Shown: piece after piece, positions 11,311-20,645 of the stretch
Layout of the letters: each line of letters starts with the position of its first letter
How positions within the stretch are numbered: the stretch's first letter is position 1
Virus record (IMG/VR): IMGVR_UViG_3300020276_000001
Span: 1-64,000 of that record
Strand: one strand, 5' to 3'
Length of the DNA: 64,000 nucleotides
From: a virus
Lineage: Duplodnaviria > Caudoviricetes
The notes under the pieces: generated by a model
What the model was told of the DNA's origin: nothing
Database searches by the model: none
Seen by the model: the letters and a program-made list of their open reading frames with translations, nothing else
Made by a program: the position numbers and the translations under genes

Positions 11311-13928
11311 TATGTTAATCTTCCTTTGACTTCATTTACAGCTAAATTAACTGCTGAGCCTAAATCTTCTGTTATGTCTGCACCTGCATTAAACTGATCT
11401 ATCAGTTCTTGTCCAATGTTTATCCGATTTTGATTTGCTAGTGCCATGGCTCTGAGTTCAGCTATCTTGGCTTGCATTGGAATAGGCTTCTTCTTGACAG
11501 CGGCAAAGTCATCAACCATCATCTGTGTTTCCATTGACTTATGGCTTTTCTTGTCTGGACCTTCACCCTTTGGAGCTGGCTTCTTCTCAGTTGGGTTAGC
11601 TATTCCAGTTGGTTTTTGATCTGTATCTAGATTTGTTTGATTAGGCGCTCTGATAAGTGTTAGTTCCTGTGTAAACTGTCCGCCACTAAAGTCACTAGCA
11701 ACTACAGTAACTCTGTATAATCCGCTAAAGGATTTAACTACCATTCCTCCCTTGGACGTAAGCAATCCGCCTTCACTAACCGGATCAATATCAAAAGGTG
11801 TTCTAAAGTTTAGGTAAATGAATACCTGCTGTCTTACATAATCCATTTGCTTTTTTTCATCATCAAACATCATGAATCCAGATCTTGCTTGATAGTTTCC
11901 TATACCACTGTCTGACAGATACCAAGGATCTCCCATAATTTTTAAATTTACATTAACCAGGTCAACTGTACTGTTGATAAGTGCCTTGTGAAATTCTCTA
12001 GCTATCTTACCTTTGGTCGTGGCATTGGCGGCTGTTACACCTGTTGTTATGTTTGCCATGTCAGACGCACCAACAACCTTTAACGGATTTACTTTTGGTG
12101 TTTCTGTTGATCCTGGAGCGTTGGCAATTATAGTACCTTCTTCATTTACTGATGCATTGGCAAGATATGCATTTGGTATTTCAGGTTTCTTGTCCATCGG
12201 GGTAGGAGTTAAGAATCTAGTTTCGTACTTGATGTCAAAGTCTAAAATATCTTTGTTCATTCCTGTGTAGATATAATTGTATGCTTTTCTTACTTTTCTT
12301 TTTATTTCCTCTTGTCCTTCGGTAACAGTTTGTGGAGCCTGCCAAACACTTGAATGAACCTTGTATGGTATAACCTTGAACACATAAATCTTAGGCATTC
12401 TTGCTTTGGCATCTTCTACCTGCTTCACAGGAACATCGTACACACACCCTTGTATCGTAAACCAATTTCTGTAACCTTCTTTATCAAGGTCTTGTTTTGT
12501 TAATTCTAATCCATAACTACTAGTAACAACTATCTCCTCAATAATCGTGTTCAGCGTTGTACCTTTGGTAAATTTAAAAGCTCTTTTGTCTGCTGGTATG
12601 GCTATCTGACCTTGTTCAAATACCTGTTTCTCTTTGTCGTAACTTGCATAGTAAGTTCCAGGTTTAATGCCTCCAGGATCTAGTTTTTGTTCTAGTAATG
12701 TTGCCTTACCTATTTCACTAATATTTTCTTGTTGTGTTGTGCTGGTTCTTATTGCATCACTTGTTTTTGATCTTTTAACACCAAAGCCTGTAACACTTTG
12801 AAACCATTCTTCATAGTTTAACTTCTTTACACCCTGGGATGCACCATATCTTGATTCATATTCTTTCTGCGGATCATATGTTGCTTTTCCTGTGGTCTCA
12901 TCCGGTGATGTTGCAAAAGTCTTACTTGCAAGATCTTCTTCCTTAGGAAACATAATAATATATTCATCAGCAAACTGTTCTGTTTCTGACTCTTCTCTTT
13001 CAAGTAGTGTTGTGTTCATTACTCTTGTTAGACTTTGACTTCCACTCTGAAGTGCTTCTTCAACAGTTCCACCAATAACCGTTACATCTGTTTGTAACAT
13101 CTGTATTGCATCTGTATAACAAGCACCGTTTCTAGCAGTTGCTTGGATATCGTATTTGGTTCCTCCTGCGTCAGCAGTGATTGATGTAGTACTTAATTGT
13201 ATAGGAAAATATCTTTTTGCAACTCTTTGGGTAGTGTTCTCATCTGTGTGTCCAATGAACTCACACATTAATAAAAAAGGTGCTGAAATATATTGTTTGT
13301 ATCCGGCTGTAACTGCCGCTACCTGTAAACTTTCCATAAAGTTACCAAGACTGTATGGCTCTGTAACTTCAAAGTTAAATGTGTGAACCGCTGGCATCCT
13401 TGATCCCATACCGCCTGGTTGTAATACTGATTCTATACGGACATTGTCGATATAGTATTCTACCCTACCGAAGGTATCTTCGGTTAAAGTTGTTGCACGT
13501 CTACCTTCTTTAATATTCTGACTTCCGCCACCGCCCTTGATAACATTAATCATAGGTTCGCTTTGCATAAATGTTTCATCTGGCTTTGAAGCTTCGTCAA
13601 CAGTTAAACAAAATAATGACCAAATCTGACTGTGTGTACGGAACTGGTCCATTATGTTAGGCTCAACGGCTACAAGATCTGTATGAATATAAACTTTTGG
13701 TTTTGAAGGTTCTTCAGTGCCTTTTTCAGCACCGTCTTTGGTTGCTGTTTTATCGGCGTCTTTATCTTTACCTACCTTGTCAAGGTCACCTTGTAAATCA
13801 GTTGTGGCTTTGTTATTTTTACCTGTTATGGTATCGTCGAATTTTTCTGTTTTTTCTTTGGTAACAGCATCAAGTTTTTCTTGAAGGGTTAATTGTTTTT
13901 CTGCTTTTGAATTATTAGGTACAGCCAT
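11310..13928 (-). CDS. Putative baseplate hub protein (gp27/gpD-like)
   Basis: Located upstream of gp5. C-terminal LKIMGDPWYL...SGLYRVTVVASDFSGGQFTQELTLIR resembles hub/late-control D C-termini. Confidence 0.6.
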   Translation of the reverse strand: MAVPNNSKAEKQLTLQEKLDAVTKEKTEKFDDTITGKNNKATTDLQGDLDKVGKDKDADKTATKDGAEKGTEEPSKPKVYIHTDLVAVEPNIMDQFRTHSQIWSLFCLTVDEASKPDETFMQSEPMINVIKGGGGSQNIKEGRRATTLTEDTFGRVEYYIDNVRIESVLQPGGMGSRMPAVHTFNFEVTEPYSLGNFMESLQVAAVTAGYKQYISAPFLLMCEFIGHTDENTTQRVAKRYFPIQLSTTSITADAGGTKYDIQATARNGACYTDAIQMLQTDVTVIGGTVEEALQSGSQSLTRVMNTTLLEREESETEQFADEYIIMFPKEEDLASKTFATSPDETTGKATYDPQKEYESRYGASQGVKKLNYEEWFQSVTGFGVKRSKTSDAIRTSTTQQENISEIGKATLLEQKLDPGGIKPGTYYASYDKEKQVFEQGQIAIPADKRAFKFTKGTTLNTIIEEIVVTSSYGLELTKQDLDKEGYRNWFTIQGCVYDVPVKQVEDAKARMPKIYVFKVIPYKVHSSVWQAPQTVTEGQEEIKRKVRKAYNYIYTGMNKDILDFDIKYETRFLTPTPMDKKPEIPNAYLANASVNEEGTIIANAPGSTETPKVNPLKVVGASDMANITTGVTAANATTKGKIAREFHKALINSTVDLVNVNLKIMGDPWYLSDSGIGNYQARSGFMMFDDEKKQMDYVRQQVFIYLNFRTPFDIDPVSEGGLLTSKGGMVVKSFSGLYRVTVVASDFSGGQFTQELTLIRAPNQTNLDTDQKPTGIANPTEKKPAPKGEGPDKKSHKSMETQMMVDDFAAVKKKPIPMQAKIAELRAMALANQNRINIGQELIDQFNAGADITEDLGSAVNLAVNEVKGRLT

Positions 13929-13929
13929 G

Positions 13930-14235
13930 TTAGACTCCTAGCATACTTTTTAACGGTCCACCTTTTGGTACGTATATGGTTGCACCTGACTTGAAATCGT
14001 ATATAGGATCTTCCATAGTATCTAAATTACGTTGACAAAATACCCACCATAGATTTGGGTTGTCATACATATCATATGCTAACAAGTCTGGTCTTTGATG
14101 GTACTGTGGTTCAATAGTATATGTTGCATCATCAGACTGTGCAGGTATAGTTCTAATTTGATAAAATCCTAAATGTTCTCCACTAGGATTCATTGAGGTT
14201 GCTTTGTAAGGACTTGACTGTTTATATGTTGCCAT
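13930..14235 (-). CDS. gp53: Baseplate wedge protein, gp53-like (LysM-like)
   Basis: YHQRPDLLAYDMYDNPNLWWVF...GATIYVP motif. Confidence 0.75.
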   Translation of the reverse strand: MATYKQSSPYKATSMNPSGEHLGFYQIRTIPAQSDDATYTIEPQYHQRPDLLAYDMYDNPNLWWVFCQRNLDTMEDPIYDFKSGATIYVPKGGPLKSMLGV

Positions 14236-15176
14236 TAAATAAATCCTCCATCGCCAACATATCCACCATTAACATAATTGTTCAAGCTAAATTTCTCAAC
14301 TTCTCTTCTGCTGTAGATCGGTTGTACCGTAACAGTTATTAAGCTCTGTGAAGGTGCCCAACCAATGGGACCATCTCTTTGATCTATTGCCCCTTGTTTT
14401 GATTGAGGATGGCTTGGTGGAATATCAGCAACACTATCAGGTTTACCTGTTGCAATATAGTCAACGTCCTGTGGAAGGTCAACTGTAAACTGTGTTATGA
14501 TTACCGGAACATTATTAAAAATATAATCACCGTAACCATTTAATTTTACTACTGGAGGAGGTGCTCCTATTGTTTTATCATCTCCACCATAAAACATTTT
14601 TGTCATGCTTCTTAGATAATGCAGGGCACCGACCCAATAAGAGGCTTCTGTACCATTCTGACAGAAAAAGTCGCCTGTGATAACCAACTGATCCACTTGT
14701 GAATTCTGGTAAGCAAAGTACGGATAATTAGTATGTGTAGGGGCCATTGTATTGTAATTGGCGCTGTGTGCCACAATAATAGTTGGAGTATATGGAAAAA
14801 CTAAACCGTTCGTTACTTTCAAAGGATTTAACAGTTCTGCACTTGAAAAAGGTTCAATAGTGGGTATACTTAATTTAACACGCCAGTCTTGCTCAACTGC
14901 TTTTTTAAAAGAGGCTGTAGCACTACTTTTAGGAAACCCTGCTAAACCGTCTTTTGGAATATTCTTACTACGTAATTCTTTACCAATTCCCATTTCATCC
15001 ATAAACCGTTGTGCACCTTCTGGTGTACCTTTGGATGTATTCGCAGTTGGATCGGAACCACTATGTGGACCCATGCTAAATTCATTAGCACGTTCACGAT
15101 CAGTAAAGCCGTCTTTACGAACTTGGTTATCAGACGAAATTACTGTTCTACCATTTACTGTTCTGAATGTTGTCAT
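14235..15176 (-). CDS. Tail tube initiator / baseplate-tube junction protein (gp48/gp54-like)
   Basis: LVFPYTPTI and GAPPPVVKLNGYGDYIFNNVPVIITQFTVD tube-fold motifs; first gene of the baseplate operon. Confidence 0.65.
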   Translation of the reverse strand: MTTFRTVNGRTVISSDNQVRKDGFTDRERANEFSMGPHSGSDPTANTSKGTPEGAQRFMDEMGIGKELRSKNIPKDGLAGFPKSSATASFKKAVEQDWRVKLSIPTIEPFSSAELLNPLKVTNGLVFPYTPTIIVAHSANYNTMAPTHTNYPYFAYQNSQVDQLVITGDFFCQNGTEASYWVGALHYLRSMTKMFYGGDDKTIGAPPPVVKLNGYGDYIFNNVPVIITQFTVDLPQDVDYIATGKPDSVADIPPSHPQSKQGAIDQRDGPIGWAPSQSLITVTVQPIYSRREVEKFSLNNYVNGGYVGDGGFI

Positions 15177-15202
15177 TTTGGCTAACTCCTACAAGTATTT
15201 AG

Positions 15203-15231
15203 TTGACTTTTTTAACTACGTAGTTTATAAT
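15203..15231 (+). promoter_or_regulatory. Sigma70-type promoter for gp55
   Basis: TTGACT-17 bp-TATAAT. A divergent TAAATA late element for the baseplate operon lies just upstream on the minus strand (about 15196-15201). Confidence 0.85.
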
Positions 15232-15263
15232 AATGTATTATTTAAGGTTTGGAGAAAACAAAT

Positions 15264-16097
15264 ATGAAAAGAGTGAATTATCTCAACAATAGAGATATAC
15301 TGGCAGAAATACATAAATCAAAAAACACGTTTTGTAGTTATACAGACGACGATTTTGCACAATATGATATAATTCTACCTAGTATAGATAAGATTAACAT
15401 AAGAACTATAGCAGATGCTAAAAGAAACCAGGCTAAACGCATTGGTTTGAAGGAATATGAGTCAAGGAAAGAAGCCGGCGAAAAGGTTAAGCAGGCTGAT
15501 TGTGCCGTAGACTACAGAAAAATAGCTAAAACCGATGTAGTATTCCGAATTATGATGTATGATCACATTCCAGAAGAAAAAGGTAGGAAGAAAAATCCTA
15601 AAACTATAGCAGATACTAAAACAAAATTAAATTTTCCACCATTTCAGCATTATAAGTTCAACGAGAAGGACGAACTTGTATGTGTAGGTAAGAGCCACTG
15701 GGAAGGTGGTATGTCAAATGGTAACTTTAACAAAGGTCACGGAATGGCAACCAATAAACTTGCTTTGATGTGGATGAAACTTTGTGAACGTTATGCAACA
15801 AGAGGTAACGTTAGAGGTTATACATATAACGATGAGATGAAAGGACAGGCTATTCTTCAATTGACACAGATTGGCTTACAGTTTGATGAATCAAAATCAA
15901 ACAATCCTTTTGCTTACTACACCGCGGCTGTTACTAACTCGTTTGTAAGAATCATTAATATCGAAAAACGTAATCAAAACATACGTGATGATATTTTAGA
16001 AATGAATCATATGAATCCTTCCTTTACCAGGCAGAATCAAGGTCAGTGGGAGAAGAGTGTGGAACGTCAAAACACAAAAGATACTTCGGACAAATAA
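15264..16097 (+). CDS. gp55: Late transcription sigma factor, T4 gp55-like
   Basis: RVNYLNNRDIL, NVRGYTYNDEM and FDESKSNNPFAYYT motifs; gp55-47-46 synteny. ATG at 15264 follows GGAG and is preferred to the TTG at 15249. Confidence 0.9.
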   Translation: MKRVNYLNNRDILAEIHKSKNTFCSYTDDDFAQYDIILPSIDKINIRTIADAKRNQAKRIGLKEYESRKEAGEKVKQADCAVDYRKIAKTDVVFRIMMYDHIPEEKGRKKNPKTIADTKTKLNFPPFQHYKFNEKDELVCVGKSHWEGGMSNGNFNKGHGMATNKLALMWMKLCERYATRGNVRGYTYNDEMKGQAILQLTQIGLQFDESKSNNPFAYYTAAVTNSFVRIINIEKRNQNIRDDILEMNHMNPSFTRQNQGQWEKSVERQNTKDTSDK

Positions 16098-16100
16098 AGT

Positions 16101-16129
16101 TTGACTATTTTATCTTTATCGTGTACAAT
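16101..16129 (+). promoter_or_regulatory. Sigma70-type promoter for gp47-gp46-sufE
   Basis: TTGACT-17 bp-TACAAT. Confidence 0.8.
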
Positions 16130-16152
16130 ATAATAAATTGTGAGGATTAGGT

Positions 16153-17169
16153 TTGTTTAAGAAAGCGGCAGTATTTACAGACATACACTTTGGTTTGAAG
16201 TCAAACTCAAAGGTGCATAATGATGACTGTGAAGAATTTATTGATTGGTATATAGAACAAGCAAAAGAAAACGGTTGTGAAACTGGAATATTTTGCGGTG
16301 ACTGGCATCATAATCGAAACAGTCTAAACATTACTACCATGGATGCAACCATTAGAAGCCTTGAGAAACTAGGTAAGGCTTTTGAAAAGTTTTACTTCTT
16401 TCCTGGTAATCACGATTTATACTACAAAGACAAAAGAGATATTAATTCCATCGACTTTGCAAGACACATTGAAGGCATTACAATGGTCAATGAGATGATG
16501 ACCGAAGGTAACACTACTTTAATCCCTTGGTTAGTTGGTGATGAATGGAAAAAGATTCCTAAAATAAAAAGCAAATACATATTTGGTCACTTTGAACTTC
16601 CAAACTTTTATATGAATGCTATGGTACAGATGCCTGACACGGGTGAACTACAAGCAGATCATTTCAAGAACCAAGAATATGTGTTTAGTGGTCACTTCCA
16701 TAAGAGACAAGTAAAAGGTCCTGTTCATTATATAGGTAATGCTCTTCCTCACAATTACGCAGATGCCTGGGATGATGAACGTGGTATGATGATACTTGAA
16801 GATGGAGGTGAACCACAGTATATCAACTGGTGGAACTGTCCTAAATATAGAACAGTAAAACTTTCCAGACTGTTAGATGAAAAAGATACACTAATAAAAA
16901 GTAAAATGTACCTACGTGTTACACTAGACTTGCCTATTAGTTATGAAGAAGCAAACTTTATCAAAGAAACTTTCATGAAAGACTATGAATGCAGAGAAAT
17001 TTCTCTTATTCCTAACACACAGGACGAAGAAATGAACTCAGACATAGATATTACGAAGTTTGAAAGTGTAGATGAGATTGTTGCAAAAGAAATTGAAGCT
17101 ATCGAGTCGGATAGTTTTGATAAAAGCAAACTACTTTCAATATATAGAGATTTAAGCAAAGATGATTAA
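16153..17169 (+). CDS. gp47: Recombination endonuclease subunit (Mre11/SbcD-like)
   Basis: Metallophosphoesterase motifs DIHFG, GDWHH, GNHD and SGHFH. Confidence 0.95.
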   Translation: MFKKAAVFTDIHFGLKSNSKVHNDDCEEFIDWYIEQAKENGCETGIFCGDWHHNRNSLNITTMDATIRSLEKLGKAFEKFYFFPGNHDLYYKDKRDINSIDFARHIEGITMVNEMMTEGNTTLIPWLVGDEWKKIPKIKSKYIFGHFELPNFYMNAMVQMPDTGELQADHFKNQEYVFSGHFHKRQVKGPVHYIGNALPHNYADAWDDERGMMILEDGGEPQYINWWNCPKYRTVKLSRLLDEKDTLIKSKMYLRVTLDLPISYEEANFIKETFMKDYECREISLIPNTQDEEMNSDIDITKFESVDEIVAKEIEAIESDSFDKSKLLSIYRDLSKDD

Positions 17170-18934
17170 GATAAAAAGCCTTACAGTTAAGAATTTTATG
17201 AGTGTGGGTAACACTACACAGGGAGTAGACTTTAACAAACAACAACTAACGTTAGTGCTTGGCGAAAACTTAGATCAAGGAGGTGACGATTCTGGTTCAC
17301 GTAACGGTACAGGTAAGACTACAATTATTAATGCGTTGTCATATGCCCTGTACGGCCAAGCACTAACGAACATTAGAAGAGATAATTTAGTAAACAAGAC
17401 CAACAACAAGGGTATGTTGGTTACACTAGAGTTTGATAAAGATGGTAAACAATATCATATTGAAAGAGGACGTAAACCTAACACACTAAAATTTAAGATT
17501 GATAACAAGGAACAAGAGCTTACAGATGAAAGCCAAGGTGATTCACGTAAGACACAGTTGGATATTAACAACCTACTAGGTATGAGTCATGATATGTTCA
17601 AGCATATTGTGGCACTTAATACGTACACAGAGCCCTTCTTAGCACTCAAGAACAATGATCAACGTGCTATTATAGAACAACTGCTTGGTATTACACTACT
17701 TTCTGAGAAGGCAGAGTTGTTAAGAGAACAAATACGTATCAATAGAGATAAGCTAACCGAAGAAAATGCTAGAATAACAGCCGTTAAGGATAGCAACGAA
17801 AAGATCAAAGAGAATATTGAAAGATTGCATAGTAGACGCAAGGCTTGGATTGCACAAAACAAACAGGACTGTGAGAAACTTGCAAAAGCAATCAAAGAAC
17901 TTGAACAACTAGACATCGATCAAGAACTAGAAGATCATGAGAAACTAGAAAAGTGGACTGAGAACAGTAAACATCTTACAAACCTAACAAAAGAAAAAGC
18001 AACTGTTGAACGTGCATTGGAACAAGCCGATAATAATGTAAACAAACTTGGTAAGGATCTTGATGATCTTGAAACTGCCAAGTGTTATGCTTGTGGACAA
18101 GACCTACATGATGACAAACTTGAAGAAATGAAAGACAAGCTACAAAAGGATTATGGTGATGCTCACATTTATCAAACTAGCATGGCAGAAAAAATGCAAA
18201 AGGTTGAAAAACTAATTGAAGACATTGGTGACCTAGAGGCAAAACCAAATACCTTTTATGAAACAGCCAAAGAAGCATATCAACATAGAGGTAATGTTGA
18301 GAGCTTGACTAACAGTTTACGAGAAAAGACTGATGAACTTGATCCATATCAAGAACAAATTAAAGATTTAGAAGATACTGCAATACAAGAAGTGACTTGG
18401 GATACTGTAAACGATCTTAACAGTACTAAAGAACATCAAGACTTCTTATATAAACTATTAACTAACAAAGATAGCTTTATACGTAAGAAGATCATCGATC
18501 AGAACCTTGCATACTTGAATAATAGACTTACATACTACTTAGACAAGCTAGGACTTCCGCATACAGTGGTGTTTAAGAACGATCTAAGTGTTGAGATTAC
18601 GCAACTAGGACAGGATCTAGACTTTGATAACCTAAGTAGAGGTGAACGTAATAGACTTATACTTGGTATGAGTTGGAGTTTCCGTGATGTATGGGAAAGT
18701 CTATATCAAAACATCAACTTATTGTTTATTGACGAATTAGTTGATAGTGGTATGGATGCAAATGGTGTTGAAAACAGTATGAGCATACTTAAGAAGATGG
18801 GTAGAGAACGTCAAAAGAACATTTATCTTATATCGCACAAAGAAGAACTAGCAAGTCGTGTAACAAACGTACTAAAAGTTATAAAAGAAAACGGATTTAC
18901 ATCTTATGACAATGATGTAGAGATAATGCAATGA
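17162..18934 (+). CDS. gp46: Recombination ATPase subunit (Rad50/SbcC-like)
   Basis: Walker A NGTGKTT, coiled coil with CYAC zinc hook, signature LSRGE and Walker B LFIDE. Confidence 0.95.
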   Translation: MIKIKSLTVKNFMSVGNTTQGVDFNKQQLTLVLGENLDQGGDDSGSRNGTGKTTIINALSYALYGQALTNIRRDNLVNKTNNKGMLVTLEFDKDGKQYHIERGRKPNTLKFKIDNKEQELTDESQGDSRKTQLDINNLLGMSHDMFKHIVALNTYTEPFLALKNNDQRAIIEQLLGITLLSEKAELLREQIRINRDKLTEENARITAVKDSNEKIKENIERLHSRRKAWIAQNKQDCEKLAKAIKELEQLDIDQELEDHEKLEKWTENSKHLTNLTKEKATVERALEQADNNVNKLGKDLDDLETAKCYACGQDLHDDKLEEMKDKLQKDYGDAHIYQTSMAEKMQKVEKLIEDIGDLEAKPNTFYETAKEAYQHRGNVESLTNSLREKTDELDPYQEQIKDLEDTAIQEVTWDTVNDLNSTKEHQDFLYKLLTNKDSFIRKKIIDQNLAYLNNRLTYYLDKLGLPHTVVFKNDLSVEITQLGQDLDFDNLSRGERNRLILGMSWSFRDVWESLYQNINLLFIDELVDSGMDANGVENSMSILKKMGRERQKNIYLISHKEELASRVTNVLKVIKENGFTSYDNDVEIMQ

Positions 18935-18935
18935 T

Positions 18936-19340
18936 ATGATACTAGATAAGATCAAAGAACGTGGTGAGGAAATGGCTCCTTTAGAAGGACATGACCGATT
19001 ACAGTACTTGGTTGATCTAGCAAGAGAAGTAGAACCATTAAGTGCCGAAGATAAAATAGACGAAAACAAAATAAGAGGGTGTGCAAGTAATTTGTGGGTA
19101 GTAGGTAAGATGAATAAAGACGGAACAATGTCTTACAGACACGACGGAGATGCTTGGATTACAAAAGGTACTGCAAAAGTAATAGTTGATCTAGTAAACG
19201 GTGCACACAGAAGCGAGATTGCACACCTTACAATAGAAAGTTTCCAAGGATTGGGGATAAGAGAGTTACTAACCATGCAGAGACAAGTGGGGTTTGGCAG
19301 TTTAATTGAACGTATTATAGGTATAGCAAAACATGGATGA
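18936..19340 (+). CDS. sufE: SufE-family sulfur-acceptor protein (auxiliary metabolic gene)
   Basis: RLQYLVDLA, ENKIRGCASNLW (acceptor Cys), DGDAWITKG and LGIRELLTMQRQVG match the SufE pattern; 134 aa. Confidence 0.85.
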   Translation: MILDKIKERGEEMAPLEGHDRLQYLVDLAREVEPLSAEDKIDENKIRGCASNLWVVGKMNKDGTMSYRHDGDAWITKGTAKVIVDLVNGAHRSEIAHLTIESFQGLGIRELLTMQRQVGFGSLIERIIGIAKHG

Positions 19341-19539
19341 TACACACGATAAATTAACCAAAGCATACTTGGAATATTTCAAAGCCAACGAGGCTTGGGA
19401 AGTACGCAAGAGTGAACGTACTAAAAGATCCTCAAGAAAATGGTTAAGTGAGATACGTAGACTGTGTACAGAACGTAGAAAAGAAATAATAGAAGAGTAC
19501 AAAGCCAAAAATGGTAGCCCTAGCGATGATACTGAGTAA
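19333..19539 (+). CDS. Hypothetical small basic helical protein
   Basis: 68-aa ORF overlapping the end of sufE. Confidence 0.7.
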   Translation: MDDTHDKLTKAYLEYFKANEAWEVRKSERTKRSSRKWLSEIRRLCTERRKEIIEEYKAKNGSPSDDTE

Positions 19540-19547
19540 GTATCACT

Positions 19548-19970
19548 ATGCAATGGACATATCAGGGTAAAAAAGTAGACGAGCTACCAGAAGACTGCGA
19601 AGCATTTGTTTACTTAATCACAAATACAACCAACAATCGTAAATACGTCGGCAAAAAACTAGCTAAATTCAAAAAGACTAGGCCACCTCTGAAGGGTAGG
19701 ATAAACAAACGTAGAAGCAAAGTAGAATCAGACTGGAGAGACTATTGGGGCTCCTCAGATCAACTACAAGAAGACGTGAACCAGATAGGCGAAGACAAAT
19801 TTACAAGAGAGATATTATACTATTGTCCAAGTAGAGGCGTAGCAAGTTATTTAGAGGCAAGAGAACAGTTCGAAAGAAGAGTCCTAGAGAAGGACGAGTA
19901 TTACAATGGTATCATCAACGTCAGAGTAGGCGGATCCAAAATATTACGTGAAGCATTAAAAGGCAAATAA
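19548..19970 (+). CDS. Small GIY-YIG family nuclease (DenA/Seg-like)
   Basis: AFVYLITN...KYVGKK, DYWGSS, F-x-REIL and YYNG motifs, with a basic insert. A TAAGTA late-promoter variant lies at 19537-19542. Confidence 0.85.
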   Translation: MQWTYQGKKVDELPEDCEAFVYLITNTTNNRKYVGKKLAKFKKTRPPLKGRINKRRSKVESDWRDYWGSSDQLQEDVNQIGEDKFTREILYYCPSRGVASYLEAREQFERRVLEKDEYYNGIINVRVGGSKILREALKGK

Positions 19971-19971
19971 C

Positions 19972-20327
19972 ATAACAACATTGTTTGGTCGGGGTAGCTC
20001 GACCCGTATTGAGGTCACGAAGTATGACCGGAACTTACGAGTTGTAAGGGTAAGCTAACTAAAGGCTTAAAAGATGTGGCTCTGTGAAACAGATACAACC
20101 ACAGCATTAATATATTTTGCTTAACAAGGGTATATTAGTGTTCCGAAACTATGCGAAGGCTAAGGTAGGGAGTTGGCGGGTTTCCGCTTCCGTACATATT
20201 ATAATGTAATCCTTTTTGTTAAGATGGTAATCTCATCTCACATGATGTAACCAATCTTTGCCCGGAGACGGGCGAAGTATGGCTCAACTATCTACATGAT
20301 GCAAAGTGCTAACGCACTAATTGTTAT
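19972..20327 (+). ncRNA. Candidate large structured non-coding RNA (about 356 nt), family unknown
   Basis: ORF-free and more GC-rich than its flanks. It has a closing stem ATAACAA/TTGTTAT, about 10 hairpins with G-U pairs, a GAGA tetraloop and two long-range pairings. Confidence 0.65.
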
Positions 20328-20365
20328 CACATACAATAAAATTGTTTGAGTGTTAACGAAAACAA

Positions 20366-20385
20366 AGTTGAGCTTTAGCTCAACT
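20366..20385. terminator. Perfect hairpin between convergent transcripts
   Basis: AGTTGAGC-TTTA-GCTCAACT, immediately after the stop of the minus-strand 64-aa gene. Confidence 0.55.
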
Positions 20386-20386
20386 A

Positions 20387-20581
20387 CTAATGCAGTTCCG
20401 GATCGCGTCCGTAACGAAATGCATCACTATCGTATACAGCAACTTCTTCCACTTTATATTCTTTTTGTGGATTAGCGTCCTTTAACTGTTGTACTGTGAG
20501 ATCAGCTTCAAGCTCGTCACTGCATTGAGTTAAGGGTTCAGAGTTGCCTATCTCAAAAACATTATATCTCGTCTGAGGCAT
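20387..20581 (-). CDS. Hypothetical protein (64 aa)
   Basis: ORF preceded by a minus-strand GTAAATA late-promoter motif (about 20587-20593). Confidence 0.65.
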   Translation of the reverse strand: MPQTRYNVFEIGNSEPLTQCSDELEADLTVQQLKDANPQKEYKVEEVAVYDSDAFRYGRDPELH

Positions 20582-20615
20582 AAGAGTATTTACGGGGTAT
20601 GTTCGATGAATTATG

Positions 20616-20623
20616 TATAAATA
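20616..20623 (+). promoter_or_regulatory. T4-type late promoter TATAAATA
   Basis: Exact T4 late consensus. Related TAAATA boxes on + at about 24624, 27222, 29061, 30027, 34449, 37254, 38760, 46423, 53104, 54228, 58031 and 62392, and on - at about 9273, 9739, 15196 and 24648. Confidence 0.85.
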
Positions 20624-20645
20624 TAAAGTAACAGGAGACTAAACC

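Noticed and set aside
1012-13386. Short plus-strand ORFs over the baseplate operon
   Set aside because: They are antisense shadows of long, motif-bearing minus-strand genes and lack RBSs.
19972-20327. Group I/II intron, tmRNA, RNase P or box C/D (TIGR-like) array as the identity of the RNA
   Set aside because: There is no interrupted host gene and I could not find P7 or domain V motifs, tRNA-like ends or RNase P conserved regions. ATGATG occurs only twice, with no D box and no regular periodicity.
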